Source of the DNA: an uncultured Syntrophomonadaceae bacterium
GTDB lineage: Bacteria; Bacillota; Syntrophomonadia; Syntrophomonadales; Syntrophomonadaceae
Reading direction: 5' to 3'
NCBI GenBank assembly: GCA_964563775.1
Contig: CAZLYH010000003.1
Coordinates: forward strand, 1-54,931
DNA length: 54,931 nucleotides
Part shown: positions 46,652 through 54,931 of the stretch, piece after piece
Layout of the letters: each line of letters starts with the position of its first letter
How positions within the stretch are numbered: the stretch's first letter is position 1
Made by a program: the position numbers and the translations under genes
Notes under the pieces: model-generated
The model's input: only the letters and a program-made list of their open reading frames with translations
Databases searched by the model: none
Told to the model about the DNA's origin: nothing

Positions 46652-48415
46652 TTACTCCACCCTTACCGCGGCGAATTTTTCCGGGCATACCTCCAGGCAG
46701 GTTCCACACTTGATGCATTTATCCTGCTCTATAATATAGGGCTGTTTCTTTTCTCCGCTAATGCACTCCACCGGGCATTTGCGGGCGCAGATGCCGCATC
46801 CCCGGCAGCGTTCCGGATCGATAATATATTGAATCAGGCTCTTGCACTGCCCGGCCGGGCAGCGTTTCTCCTTAATATGCGCCTCATATTCGTCACGGAA
46901 ATACTCGATAGTAGTGAGGACCGGGTTGGGGGCACTTTGCCCCAGGCCGCACAGTGAGGCCGCCTTGACCTCCCCGGCCAGTTCCTCCAATAATTCTATA
47001 TCTCCCTCTTGTCCTTCCCCCGCACATATCCTTTCCAGGACTTCCAGCATGCGGGTGGTGCCGATACGGCATTGCACACACTTGCCGCAGGATTCCTTGC
47101 GGGTGAAATCCAGGAAGAAACGAGCCATATCCACCATACAGGTACTATCATCCACCACAATCATACCTCCGGAACCCATAATGGCTCCGGTGTCCTGTAT
47201 GGACGCATAATCAACCGGCGTATCCAGAAGGGAAGCCGGAATACATCCCCCGGAAGGCCCCCCCAGTTGCCCCGCCTTGAAGCGGCGGTCTCCTTTAATA
47301 CCCCCGCCTATAGCAAAAATAATCTGCCGTAGGCTGATCCCCATGGGGACCTCCACCAGTCCCCCCCGTTTGATTTTACCCGCCAGGGCAAAAACCTTGG
47401 TGCCCTTGCTATCTTCAGTGCCCAGGGCGGCAAAGGCGGATCCGCCGTTAGCAAGTATCCAGGGTATATTGGCCAGTGTTTCTACATTATTAATGCTGGT
47501 AGGGTTATTGCGGTAACCCCGCTGGGAAGGAAAGGGCGGTTTTAGTCTGGGCATTCCCCTCTCCCCTTCCAGGGAGGCAATTAGAGCAGTCTCCTCACCA
47601 CAGACAAACGCACCGGCCCCCTGTTTAATGGAAATATCAAAAGAAAATTCACTGCCCGACAGGCCCTCACCCAGAAAACCCCTGGCCCGGGCCTGATTGA
47701 TGGCAATGCCCAGTCGCTCTATGGCCAGAGGGTACTCGGCCCGGCAATAAATAATCCCCCGTCCGGCCCCGATAGCATAACCGGCAATAAGCATTCCTTC
47801 CAGAACTGAATGGGGATCGCTTTCCAGCAGGCTGCGATCCATGAAAGCGCCCGGATCCCCTTCGTCTGCATTGCAGACCACATATTGGGGTGCAGCCGCT
47901 TCCTGGCGGGTAGCATTCCATTTAAACCAGGTGGGAAAACCAGCTCCACCCCGCCCTCGCAGACCGGATATTTTAATTTCTTCTATAACCTGTTCCGGAG
48001 TGAAGGAGGTTACAACCCGTTGCCAAGCCTGATAGCCACCTGCTTGACAATAATCATCAATCGATTCCGGATCGATATGTCCACAATTGCGTAAAGCGAT
48101 CCGCAATTGAGCTTTTAAAAAGCCAGCCGGTTCTGCACTGCTGGCAACCAGGCGATCCCCCCGGGATCCTCTTCCCTGCAAGTGGGCTTGCAGGATTTCT
48201 CCCACTTCCTCCGGTTTTACATTGCCATACGTAAAGATTCGCCCGTCATCCTCGATGACGTCCAGGAGCGGCTCATGATGGCACATGCCAATACAGCCGG
48301 TACGCTTCAGCTCCAGTTCGGGATTTAATCCGGCCACTTCTTGCTCCAGTATCTCCCAAAGTTCCAGTGCTCCAGCGGCTATGCCACAGCTGCCCATGCC
48401 CACCTGTACTATCAT
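46652..48415 (-). CDS. NuoF/HydB-like NAD(P)H-binding FMN Fe-S flavoprotein subunit
   Basis: 587 aa. N-terminal thioredoxin-like 2Fe-2S module, GRGGAGFPTWFKW FMN site, ESCGKCVQCRIG N3 cluster, and two C-terminal 4Fe-4S motifs (CRGCGICARKCP, CIKCGTCLEVCP). Confidence 0.88.
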   Translation of the reverse strand: MIVQVGMGSCGIAAGALELWEILEQEVAGLNPELELKRTGCIGMCHHEPLLDVIEDDGRIFTYGNVKPEEVGEILQAHLQGRGSRGDRLVASSAEPAGFLKAQLRIALRNCGHIDPESIDDYCQAGGYQAWQRVVTSFTPEQVIEEIKISGLRGRGGAGFPTWFKWNATRQEAAAPQYVVCNADEGDPGAFMDRSLLESDPHSVLEGMLIAGYAIGAGRGIIYCRAEYPLAIERLGIAINQARARGFLGEGLSGSEFSFDISIKQGAGAFVCGEETALIASLEGERGMPRLKPPFPSQRGYRNNPTSINNVETLANIPWILANGGSAFAALGTEDSKGTKVFALAGKIKRGGLVEVPMGISLRQIIFAIGGGIKGDRRFKAGQLGGPSGGCIPASLLDTPVDYASIQDTGAIMGSGGMIVVDDSTCMVDMARFFLDFTRKESCGKCVQCRIGTTRMLEVLERICAGEGQEGDIELLEELAGEVKAASLCGLGQSAPNPVLTTIEYFRDEYEAHIKEKRCPAGQCKSLIQYIIDPERCRGCGICARKCPVECISGEKKQPYIIEQDKCIKCGTCLEVCPEKFAAVRVE

Positions 48416-48960
48416 TTTTCTTCCGCCCCCTCCCGCAATTGCCCTTCCCTTTTATAAATGGAGCGGATAATCGACCGGGCCTTATCCGGGGTTAATGGTC
48501 CATAGGCCTGTCCATTGATCATCATCACCGGAGCCAGGCTGCAGCAACCCAGGCAGGCCGCCGTATCCAGAGTAAAGAGACGGTCAGCGGTAGTCTGGCC
48601 CGCTTCGATATTCAACTCGTCACCGAGTGCGGTTTTGATACGTTCCGCCCCATTTACATGACAGGCAGTACCCTCACAGAGGAGAATCAGGTATTTCCCC
48701 ACCGGCGTAAAGCGAAACTGGGTATAAAAAGTAGCCACACCAAAGACCCGGGCTGGCTTTACCCCCATGCGCCTGGCAATATGACTTAATGCCAACCGGG
48801 GCAAATAGCCATAAACCTTCTGGGCTCCCTGTAAAACGGCAATAAGATTGCCGCTATCCTCTTGATTGTTTTGCAGCAGTTCCTCTATTAGATCCAGATC
48901 AACTTCCCCCTCCGGAAAACTGGCCTGGATAAACTTATCTTTGCCGCAGCCGCATTCCAT
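48412..48960 (-). CDS. NuoE/HydC-like 2Fe-2S subunit
   Basis: CEGTACHVNG...CLGCCSLAPVMMING motifs. ATG at 48960 preferred. The track ORF begins at an upstream TTG (48987). Its stop overlaps the nuoF-like start. Confidence 0.85.
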   Translation of the reverse strand: MECGCGKDKFIQASFPEGEVDLDLIEELLQNNQEDSGNLIAVLQGAQKVYGYLPRLALSHIARRMGVKPARVFGVATFYTQFRFTPVGKYLILLCEGTACHVNGAERIKTALGDELNIEAGQTTADRLFTLDTAACLGCCSLAPVMMINGQAYGPLTPDKARSIIRSIYKREGQLREGAEEK

Positions 48961-49294
48961 ATATCTAAAACCCCCTTCCCACAACAACCATCCCTGCCAT
49001 TCAACCCCTGACCTGGAAAAGAACCGTTCCCTTTCCCGCGGGGTTTATCCGCGGTTACATCAACATCTTACCGGAACCACCCCCTTTGCGAAAGGGTGTG
49101 GCAGAAAAATATATTGTATTCCTTAAATGAGCAACATCAGAGAATCAGAAAGAATGGAGACGGGGGAAAAAGATGGACGCAGATGAGGGTTTTTACAAGG
49201 TTAATGGGAACGCTGGTCATAAAGACCAGCGCAGGGTGCAGGTTTTTCAGCCCAGCGAGGAAAAGCAACAGTTTTGAAGGGAAACCGCTGCCAA

Positions 49295-49759
49295 TTAAAG
49301 AGTTTTCACCCGGGCGATCATTTCAATTTCGCAGGCTGCGTTCAAAGGCAGGCTGGTTACCCCCACCGCCACCCGGGTATGCCGCCCCCGTTCACCGAAA
49401 AGCTCTTCCAAAAGTAAAGAGGCACCGTTTAAAACCTGGGGTTGCTGGTAGAAATCCGCACTGCTCTGAATATAGCCGGTGATTTTAATTATCTGCTCCA
49501 AATCCTCCCAACTGGCCAGCCTGCTTTTCAAGGCAGCCAGACAATTAATTATTGCCAGGCGGGCGGCCTGCTGCCCTTCTTCCATTCCCAGATCCTTACC
49601 CAACTTACCAGTCACCGCGAGTTTTCCGTCCCGCATGGGAAGTTGTCCGGAGACATATACATCTGGTCCGCTCTGCAACACCGGTACATATGCAGCCTGG
49701 GGTGAGGGTACCTCGGGAAGTACAATCCCCAGCACTGCCAATCTTTCTTCAACCGTCAC
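49295..49759 (-). CDS. RidA/YjgF-family protein
   Basis: 154 aa. VYVSGQLP...RVAVGVTSLPLNAACEIEM is typical of the family. Confidence 0.8.
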   Translation of the reverse strand: MTVEERLAVLGIVLPEVPSPQAAYVPVLQSGPDVYVSGQLPMRDGKLAVTGKLGKDLGMEEGQQAARLAIINCLAALKSRLASWEDLEQIIKITGYIQSSADFYQQPQVLNGASLLLEELFGERGRHTRVAVGVTSLPLNAACEIEMIARVKTL

Positions 49760-49776
49760 CTTAAACCACCCTTTCC

Positions 49777-50805
49777 CTAACGAATAAAGCCCTGCACTAC
49801 TGCCACGATAAACAGGGCATAAAATACCCCTCCCAACATAAGGATGGGGGCACTGATATGTTTGCGGGTACGCAGTTCAAAGAATATGACTCCCGCGGAC
49901 AGCAAAGCAATACCGGCAGAAAGTAAAGCCCCGGGATTCAATTGCCAATCAGTCAGGAAAATACCGATAGCTGGAATAAGGGAGCTTTGGAAGACCATGG
50001 CCCCGGTAATGTTCCCCAGGGCCAGGGTATCCTTTTCCCGGGAAATCCAAATTACGCTGTTAAACTTCTCCGGCAATTCGGTGGCAATCGGGGTAATTAT
50101 AATCGCCAGGACAAAAGCGGGAACAGCATACATCAGAGCCACCGCCTGTACTGAGCTGACAAAGAGATCGGCACCGAAAATAATCAGGACCAGTGCTGTC
50201 ACCACCTGGGCCAGGATGACCAGCAGGTGCGGACTTTGGTCAGGAGGGGTGGGGAAAGGAAAGCGGGCAAAATAACACTGGGGAAGTGCATTTTCGGCTT
50301 CCACGTCCCGCTCCTCGTTCACCATGATAAATACATAAATAAAATAGGAAACCACCATTAAAGTTGCCAGGATCAATTGCAGGCTCCGCCAGGCGGGGGG
50401 AAACAGACCGCAGACAATCGCTACCATATACACCACCATAAAAAAGCCCAGATCACGGGACATAGTGGAGTAATCAGCAACTACCTTCGTACCACTGCTT
50501 CTCCGGCCGCGAAAACCAACTACAGCCACCCCGGTTACAAACATCGCCAGGGTGGCCAGCATCAGCGGAGCACCGAGGATAGCGCCGATACCAATGGCGT
50601 GTCCTTCCCTGCCCTGCCCGAAGATGATAGCAATAATAGGAATAATGGTTTCCGGCAGCGCCGTTCCCACGGCCGCCAGAACACTGCCTACCGCCCCTTC
50701 GGAAAGGTTAAGCTTACATCCCAGCCATTCAATACCGTTTACAAAGACCTCGGCGCCAACCAGGATGATACCCAGGCTGATAACCAGCAAACCAATCTCG
50801 TACAA
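49777..50805 (-). CDS. sodium/calcium exchanger (CaCA) family membrane protein
   Basis: 342 aa. Two alpha-repeat regions (GSVLAAVGTALPETI and LGNITGAMVFQSSL) in a ~10-TM protein. Confidence 0.8.
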   Translation of the reverse strand: MYEIGLLVISLGIILVGAEVFVNGIEWLGCKLNLSEGAVGSVLAAVGTALPETIIPIIAIIFGQGREGHAIGIGAILGAPLMLATLAMFVTGVAVVGFRGRRSSGTKVVADYSTMSRDLGFFMVVYMVAIVCGLFPPAWRSLQLILATLMVVSYFIYVFIMVNEERDVEAENALPQCYFARFPFPTPPDQSPHLLVILAQVVTALVLIIFGADLFVSSVQAVALMYAVPAFVLAIIITPIATELPEKFNSVIWISREKDTLALGNITGAMVFQSSLIPAIGIFLTDWQLNPGALLSAGIALLSAGVIFFELRTRKHISAPILMLGGVFYALFIVAVVQGFIR

Positions 50806-50826
50806 ACTAAAAACTCCTTTACCCTT

Positions 50827-51594
50827 CTATTCCAGATGAACCGGAATGGCCTGACGCTGTTTAAAGGAGATTACCCGACGGTACCCCGCCTGGCGGGCCA
50901 ACTCTATAGCTTCTTTAAGACCCTCTCCCACCTGATCTGGATGATGGGCATCTGAACCCAGAGTTACCGGGATATTGTTTTCATAAAGGGCGGTTGCAAT
51001 TTCGGCAGAGGGATAAATCTCCCCGACTGGTTTGCGCAGGCCGGCACTATTTATTTCCACCACCAGGCCGGACGCCCTCAAGGCCGGAAAAGCTTGCTTT
51101 GCATAAGCCAGAGAGTTCATCTTAACCGGCCGGTGTCCCCATATTTTAACCAAATCCAGATGACCGATGATATCGAAAAGGCCCGAAACAGCCGCCCTTT
51201 CTACCAGAGAAAAATACTCCCGGTAGACGTCGTCCACCTCGCGTTCTTCAAAAGGTTTGCGATAATCGGGGTGGTCAAAGGCCCAATCGCCGATAAAATG
51301 TACCGAACCGATAATATAGTCGAAAGCAAACCTCTGGGTAAAACGGGAGATGCCTTCCTCCCGTCCCGGGATAAAATCCATTTCCAGCCCCAGCTTTATC
51401 TGCAGGTCCGGAAATTGCGCCTGAAGCCTCTGCAACAACTCTGGATTAAACCCAGCGAAAAACTCATTATGCTCGGAAAATCCCAGTTCTTTTATCCCGC
51501 GCTCCCGGGCCTTTCGCGCAAACTGCTCCAGCCAGGAATCAGTGTATGTATATTCTCCATGTGCCAGTGCATGCACATGATAATCCAGCAACAC
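50827..51594 (-). CDS. PHP-family histidinol-phosphatase-like hydrolase (HisJ type)
   Basis: 255 aa. MLLDYHVHALAHGEY...GFSEHNEF...GSVHF...IIGHLD...GSDAHHP metal-ligand pattern. Confidence 0.8.
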   Translation of the reverse strand: MLLDYHVHALAHGEYTYTDSWLEQFARKARERGIKELGFSEHNEFFAGFNPELLQRLQAQFPDLQIKLGLEMDFIPGREEGISRFTQRFAFDYIIGSVHFIGDWAFDHPDYRKPFEEREVDDVYREYFSLVERAAVSGLFDIIGHLDLVKIWGHRPVKMNSLAYAKQAFPALRASGLVVEINSAGLRKPVGEIYPSAEIATALYENNIPVTLGSDAHHPDQVGEGLKEAIELARQAGYRRVISFKQRQAIPVHLE

Positions 51595-51771
51595 CTTTTT
51601 CCTCCTGACTTTTTTCTTTCAGTTATCCATTTAACCACTCCTACCACCGGAAATCAAGAAACCTGGGGGAAAAAAGAATTGCATTCATGGAGGGGATGGA
51701 CTAAAATCGTAAGAAATCTATACCGTTACCGTATTTGTATTATATATGTAAAAGGAGGGTCCGGTCGCCCC

Positions 51772-53076
51772 ATGGCTACTATTGTTCCCTTTCGCGGACT
51801 TCGTTACAATCTGGAAAAAATCAGAGACTTGCGCTCTGTGGTAACCCCACCTTATGACATTATCGATGAAACCGCCCAGGCCAGATACTATGCTGAAGAT
51901 CCCGCTAACATCATCCGCCTGGAACTGGGACTGATGTTTTCTCAAGATACCCTGGCCAACAATCGTTATACCAGAGCCGCCCAGTACCTGCAAAAGTGGT
52001 TAGAAAGCCAGATCCTGGTCGCCGAATCCCGACCGGCCGTCTACCTGTACCAGCAGGAGTTTACCGCTCGAGGCGAAACCCTGACGCGGACCGGAATGAT
52101 ATGTGGATTAAAAGTGGAACCTTATGAAAACGGCAATATTCTCCCCCATGAGGAAACCCTGTCCAAACCCAAGACTGATCGCCTGTACCTGATGCGGGCT
52201 ACCAGTTCTAATTTTAGTTCCATTTTCGGGCTTTATTCCGATGAAGAACGCAGCCTGGACCAGTTACTGGCCAATGCTGTAGCCGGGCAATCACCAGATG
52301 CCGCTCTGGTGGACGAAGCCGGTGAACATCATCGCCTGTGGGCAATAGACGACCCGGCCATACTGGAGAAGGTGGTAGAGATTATGGCTGACAAAAAGGT
52401 CTATATTGCTGACGGGCACCATCGTTACGAGACCGCTCTCGCCTATGCCCAGGAGATGGCGGATCAGAATTGCCCGGGTTTTGATTATGTAATGACCACC
52501 CTGGTCAACCTCTATGATGAAGGCCTGGTCGTGCTTCCGACCCACCGGGTAGTGGGCAACCTGGCCCATTTCAAGATTGCCGATCTGCTTTCTACCCTGG
52601 GTAATACTTTTGCCATCCAGCACCTGGGCGGCAAAGAGCAGCTTCCTGCCCTGATTGCGGAAATGGCCCGGTTGGGAGAAGACGCCCACGTTTTTGGTAT
52701 GTATGCCGCCGGGGAGCTTTACCTCCTGAGCATTAAAGACTTTGCCTCAGCCTGCAGCCAGCTCCCGGCAGATAGATCCCCCGCCTGGAAGAAACTCGAC
52801 GTAGCCCTTCTTGACAACCTTATCCTTGACCAATTGCTGGGCATCGGCGAACACGAACGACGCAACCAGGACAACCTGGCCTACAGCCGCGACGAGGAAT
52901 GGGTAATAGAACAAGTGGACAACCAGAACTACCAGCTGGGTTTCTTCCTCAACCCCACCCGGGTACAGGAAATTGTCGACGTAGCCTCAGCCCGGGACAA
53001 GATGCCACAGAAATCCACCTACTTCTACCCCAAACTCATCACCGGCCTGGTAATAAACCATCTGGAAACCAAATAA
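51772..53076 (+). CDS. DUF1015-family protein
   Basis: 434 aa from the ATG at 51772 (AAAGGAGGG upstream). MATIVPFRGLRYN...VVTPPYDII...ILPHEETL...YIADGHHRYETAL motifs. The 660-aa track ORF extension is antisense to the PHP gene and is rejected. Confidence 0.85.
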   Translation: MATIVPFRGLRYNLEKIRDLRSVVTPPYDIIDETAQARYYAEDPANIIRLELGLMFSQDTLANNRYTRAAQYLQKWLESQILVAESRPAVYLYQQEFTARGETLTRTGMICGLKVEPYENGNILPHEETLSKPKTDRLYLMRATSSNFSSIFGLYSDEERSLDQLLANAVAGQSPDAALVDEAGEHHRLWAIDDPAILEKVVEIMADKKVYIADGHHRYETALAYAQEMADQNCPGFDYVMTTLVNLYDEGLVVLPTHRVVGNLAHFKIADLLSTLGNTFAIQHLGGKEQLPALIAEMARLGEDAHVFGMYAAGELYLLSIKDFASACSQLPADRSPAWKKLDVALLDNLILDQLLGIGEHERRNQDNLAYSRDEEWVIEQVDNQNYQLGFFLNPTRVQEIVDVASARDKMPQKSTYFYPKLITGLVINHLETK

Positions 53077-53082
53077 AGCGCC

Positions 53083-53119
53083 AAAACCCCGGGCCGTTAC
53101 AAACGGCCCGGGGTTTTTA
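53083..53119 (+). terminator. strong intrinsic terminator after the DUF1015 gene
   Basis: AAAACCCCGGGCCGT-TACAA-ACGGCCCGGGGTTTTT. Confidence 0.9.
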
Positions 53120-53239
53120 GAATTGGCAGCAGTATCTACTCCTGGACCCCTCGCGGTGGACAACCGTCGTTTCGGCTTTTTCTTTACCATCAAAGATCCG
53201 TCATCACGGCCATCTGCTCACGGATTACGGGATCTTCAG

Positions 53240-53347
53240 TTACTTCGACGACAGCAGGTTATACAATACCTGCGCCATCTCCGCTCTAGTAGTGGTGCTT
53301 ATTGGAGATAGCTTGCCGGCATCCCCCCTGACAGTTCCGGCTTCTCC
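53240..53347 (-). pseudogene. C-terminal remnant of an SLH-domain (S-layer homology) protein gene
   Basis: Manual translation of the minus strand gives GEAGTVRGDAGKLSPISTTTRAEMAQVLYNLLSSK followed by a stop (53242-53240). The frame is closed by a TAG at 53350-53348, and there is no start codon or SD. The tail resembles the end of SLH repeats (..P...iTRAE.A..l...l). Confidence 0.3.
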
Positions 53348-53526
53348 CTATGCCGGCGGGATTCGCGAGTTTAAAATAAAGAAATAGCGGCAGGAGCGGC
53401 AATGGATGTAACAAACTGCGGGGTACAGAGGATGGGCCTCGCGAGCAGGGCTAAATACAGATAAAGGGTGTTCCCGGACTGGCAATTATCCTTGTACCAA
53501 GTAGTTTTTGGGGGTGTTGGGGAATC

Positions 53527-54615
53527 ATGATTAATAAGAAAAGTAAAAATGGAACAATTCTTATAATCCTGCTTGTTTTTCTGTTGTTTACTACTTCGGG
53601 ATGTTTTCGGGATCATGTAGATACTGATTCATCAAATCCGCCCTCTTTTTCTGATCATGGCAGGATAGTGGCTACGGATGAGAACACCAACAATCTTATG
53701 AATAACGGATATATTGTTGGTTATGGTAATACAACATTATTTACACCGAGAAATGGTGACAAAGGGGTTTATAAGATTGATGAAGGGAATAAAACCCCAA
53801 AGGTTGTCGACGAAATACAAGTCCACCAGCTGCTCGTTAATGACAAGTATGTATTTGCATTAGATTATAGTGATATTTACCGGTTTAAACCTAATGGTTC
53901 CAAACCTCAACTGGTCTATCAAGCTGACCGGCAAACATTCGTGGTTTTTTGCGATAATGAATGGATTTATTATTGCGTCCATAATGTAATCATCTGCCGT
54001 GCGGATGAACCGCCTCCTGGTGAAGAACCAAGAATGTATGAATATCTCACCCTTTATAAAGTAAAACCTGATGGGAAACAGGTTTATCAGGTCTTAAATT
54101 ATATCCATGATTTTAAGCTGCCATATATTTCTGACGGATGGATTTATTATTCCTGTAGTCCGCCAGATTGGGTGGCAGAACAGGAGAATTTGACAGGCAT
54201 GGAAAGTGGCCTGTTCAAAATTAAACTTGATGGTTCGGAAAAAACAAAGCTCCTGGATGCTATTCCCTTCAGCCCCATTGTCAAAGCAGGGGACTGGTTA
54301 TTTTATTCGCTTGATGGCATATATCGATTAAAAATTGATGGCTCGGAAAAGGTGAAGCTTTGCGATGACCATGCCGCGGCAGTTAACATTAAAGGTCAAT
54401 GGATTTGTTATACTACCTTTGATGATAATATCGGGCTTTATAGAGTTGACTGGGAAGGTCATAACCGGCAAAAGATTAGTTCCCAAGAAAGAGTACAGGA
54501 TATCTCCATCGTGGGAGATTGGGTTTATTTCCATATTGACAAAGGCAATACCTGGCCGCTATACCGAATAAAAGTGAATGGAATTGGAGAAGAGAGAATT
54601 GAAATAGGAAAATAG
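53527..54615 (+). CDS. DUF5050-like beta-propeller repeat lipoprotein
   Basis: 362 aa. Signal plus lipobox LLLFTTSGC. Repeated aromatic blade motifs (NEWIYYC, DGWIYYS, GDWLFYS, GQWICYT, GDWVYFH), each followed by K(I/L/V)(K/N)xDG. The gene is visibly AT-richer than its neighbours. Confidence 0.7.
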   Translation: MINKKSKNGTILIILLVFLLFTTSGCFRDHVDTDSSNPPSFSDHGRIVATDENTNNLMNNGYIVGYGNTTLFTPRNGDKGVYKIDEGNKTPKVVDEIQVHQLLVNDKYVFALDYSDIYRFKPNGSKPQLVYQADRQTFVVFCDNEWIYYCVHNVIICRADEPPPGEEPRMYEYLTLYKVKPDGKQVYQVLNYIHDFKLPYISDGWIYYSCSPPDWVAEQENLTGMESGLFKIKLDGSEKTKLLDAIPFSPIVKAGDWLFYSLDGIYRLKIDGSEKVKLCDDHAAAVNIKGQWICYTTFDDNIGLYRVDWEGHNRQKISSQERVQDISIVGDWVYFHIDKGNTWPLYRIKVNGIGEERIEIGK

Positions 54616-54931
54616 TTCTCCTAACACCCTACGCGGATAAAAATTTCACCTGGTTTCCGCCGGCAGGTTTGGCCTGGTATTTCTATTAAAAAAGGTGTCT
54701 GGCACCCAAACCGTGCACTCTTTTTTGTTTGGCAATTACTAGGGCAACCGCTTACAAAGCTGCGACGAATCCTAACTGTATTAGCATACTGTTAATAATG
54801 GGAGCAAGATTGCTGGTGTTTATAAGCACCAGTTAAATCAACGCACCTAAAACTGCCGGGATGAAGCTATTAAAGAGAACCTAAACACTTTGAAGAGTAC
54901 CCTGTCACAGGGTATGAACAGCATCAGGGAC

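Noticed and set aside
51094-51771. N-terminal 226 codons of the 660-aa plus-strand ORF preceding the DUF1015 domain
   Set aside because: This stretch is antisense to the well-supported PHP phosphatase gene (50827-51594) and has low-complexity, atypical composition. The DUF1015 family N-terminus (MATIVPFRGLRY) begins at an ATG with an AAAGGAGGG SD at 51772.

Overview
This is a densely coding 55-kb chromosomal segment with most genes on the minus strand. Gene content suggests an anaerobic Gram-positive bacterium of the Peptococcaceae/Desulfotomaculum-Pelotomaculum type, but that is inference only. From left to right the window holds:
(1) a truncated thiolase, then EtfB-EtfA and a membrane HdrD-like Fe-S oxidoreductase, which together form a beta-oxidation/quinone electron-transfer module;
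(2) a near-complete siroheme-dependent (Ahb) heme operon, sirC-hemA-hemC-cobA/hemD-ahbC-hemB-ahbD-ahbA-ahbB-hemL, ending in a translationally coupled orphan CheR-type methyltransferase;
(3) tatA/tatC and a UbiD/UbiA/UbiX plus prenyl-diphosphate-synthase cluster, probably late menaquinone steps, preceded by a ~330-nt structured non-coding leader of no class I recognise;
(4) speH, divergent from two large, translationally coupled paralogous envelope proteins of unknown family, followed by a convergent MarR gene. This pair is the best candidate for an undescribed system;
(5) trpS, two small unknown genes and rubrerythrin;
(6) pdaD-speE-speB for polyamine synthesis;
(7) an iron module, fur-feoB-feoA-sufC-sufB/D-lysR, with two clear Fur boxes;
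(8) gdhA, a parvulin-type PPIase lipoprotein and icd;
(9) a NuoE/NuoF/giant fused NuoG-GltD-molybdopterin-like three-gene redox complex;
(10) RidA, a Ca2+/Na+ antiporter-family protein, a PHP phosphatase and DUF1015, then an AT-richer patch with an SLH-domain gene remnant and a DUF5050-like lipoprotein.
I saw no rRNA, tRNA, CRISPR array, transposase or integrase. All calls rest on reading the supplied translations and the DNA by eye; no database search was run.
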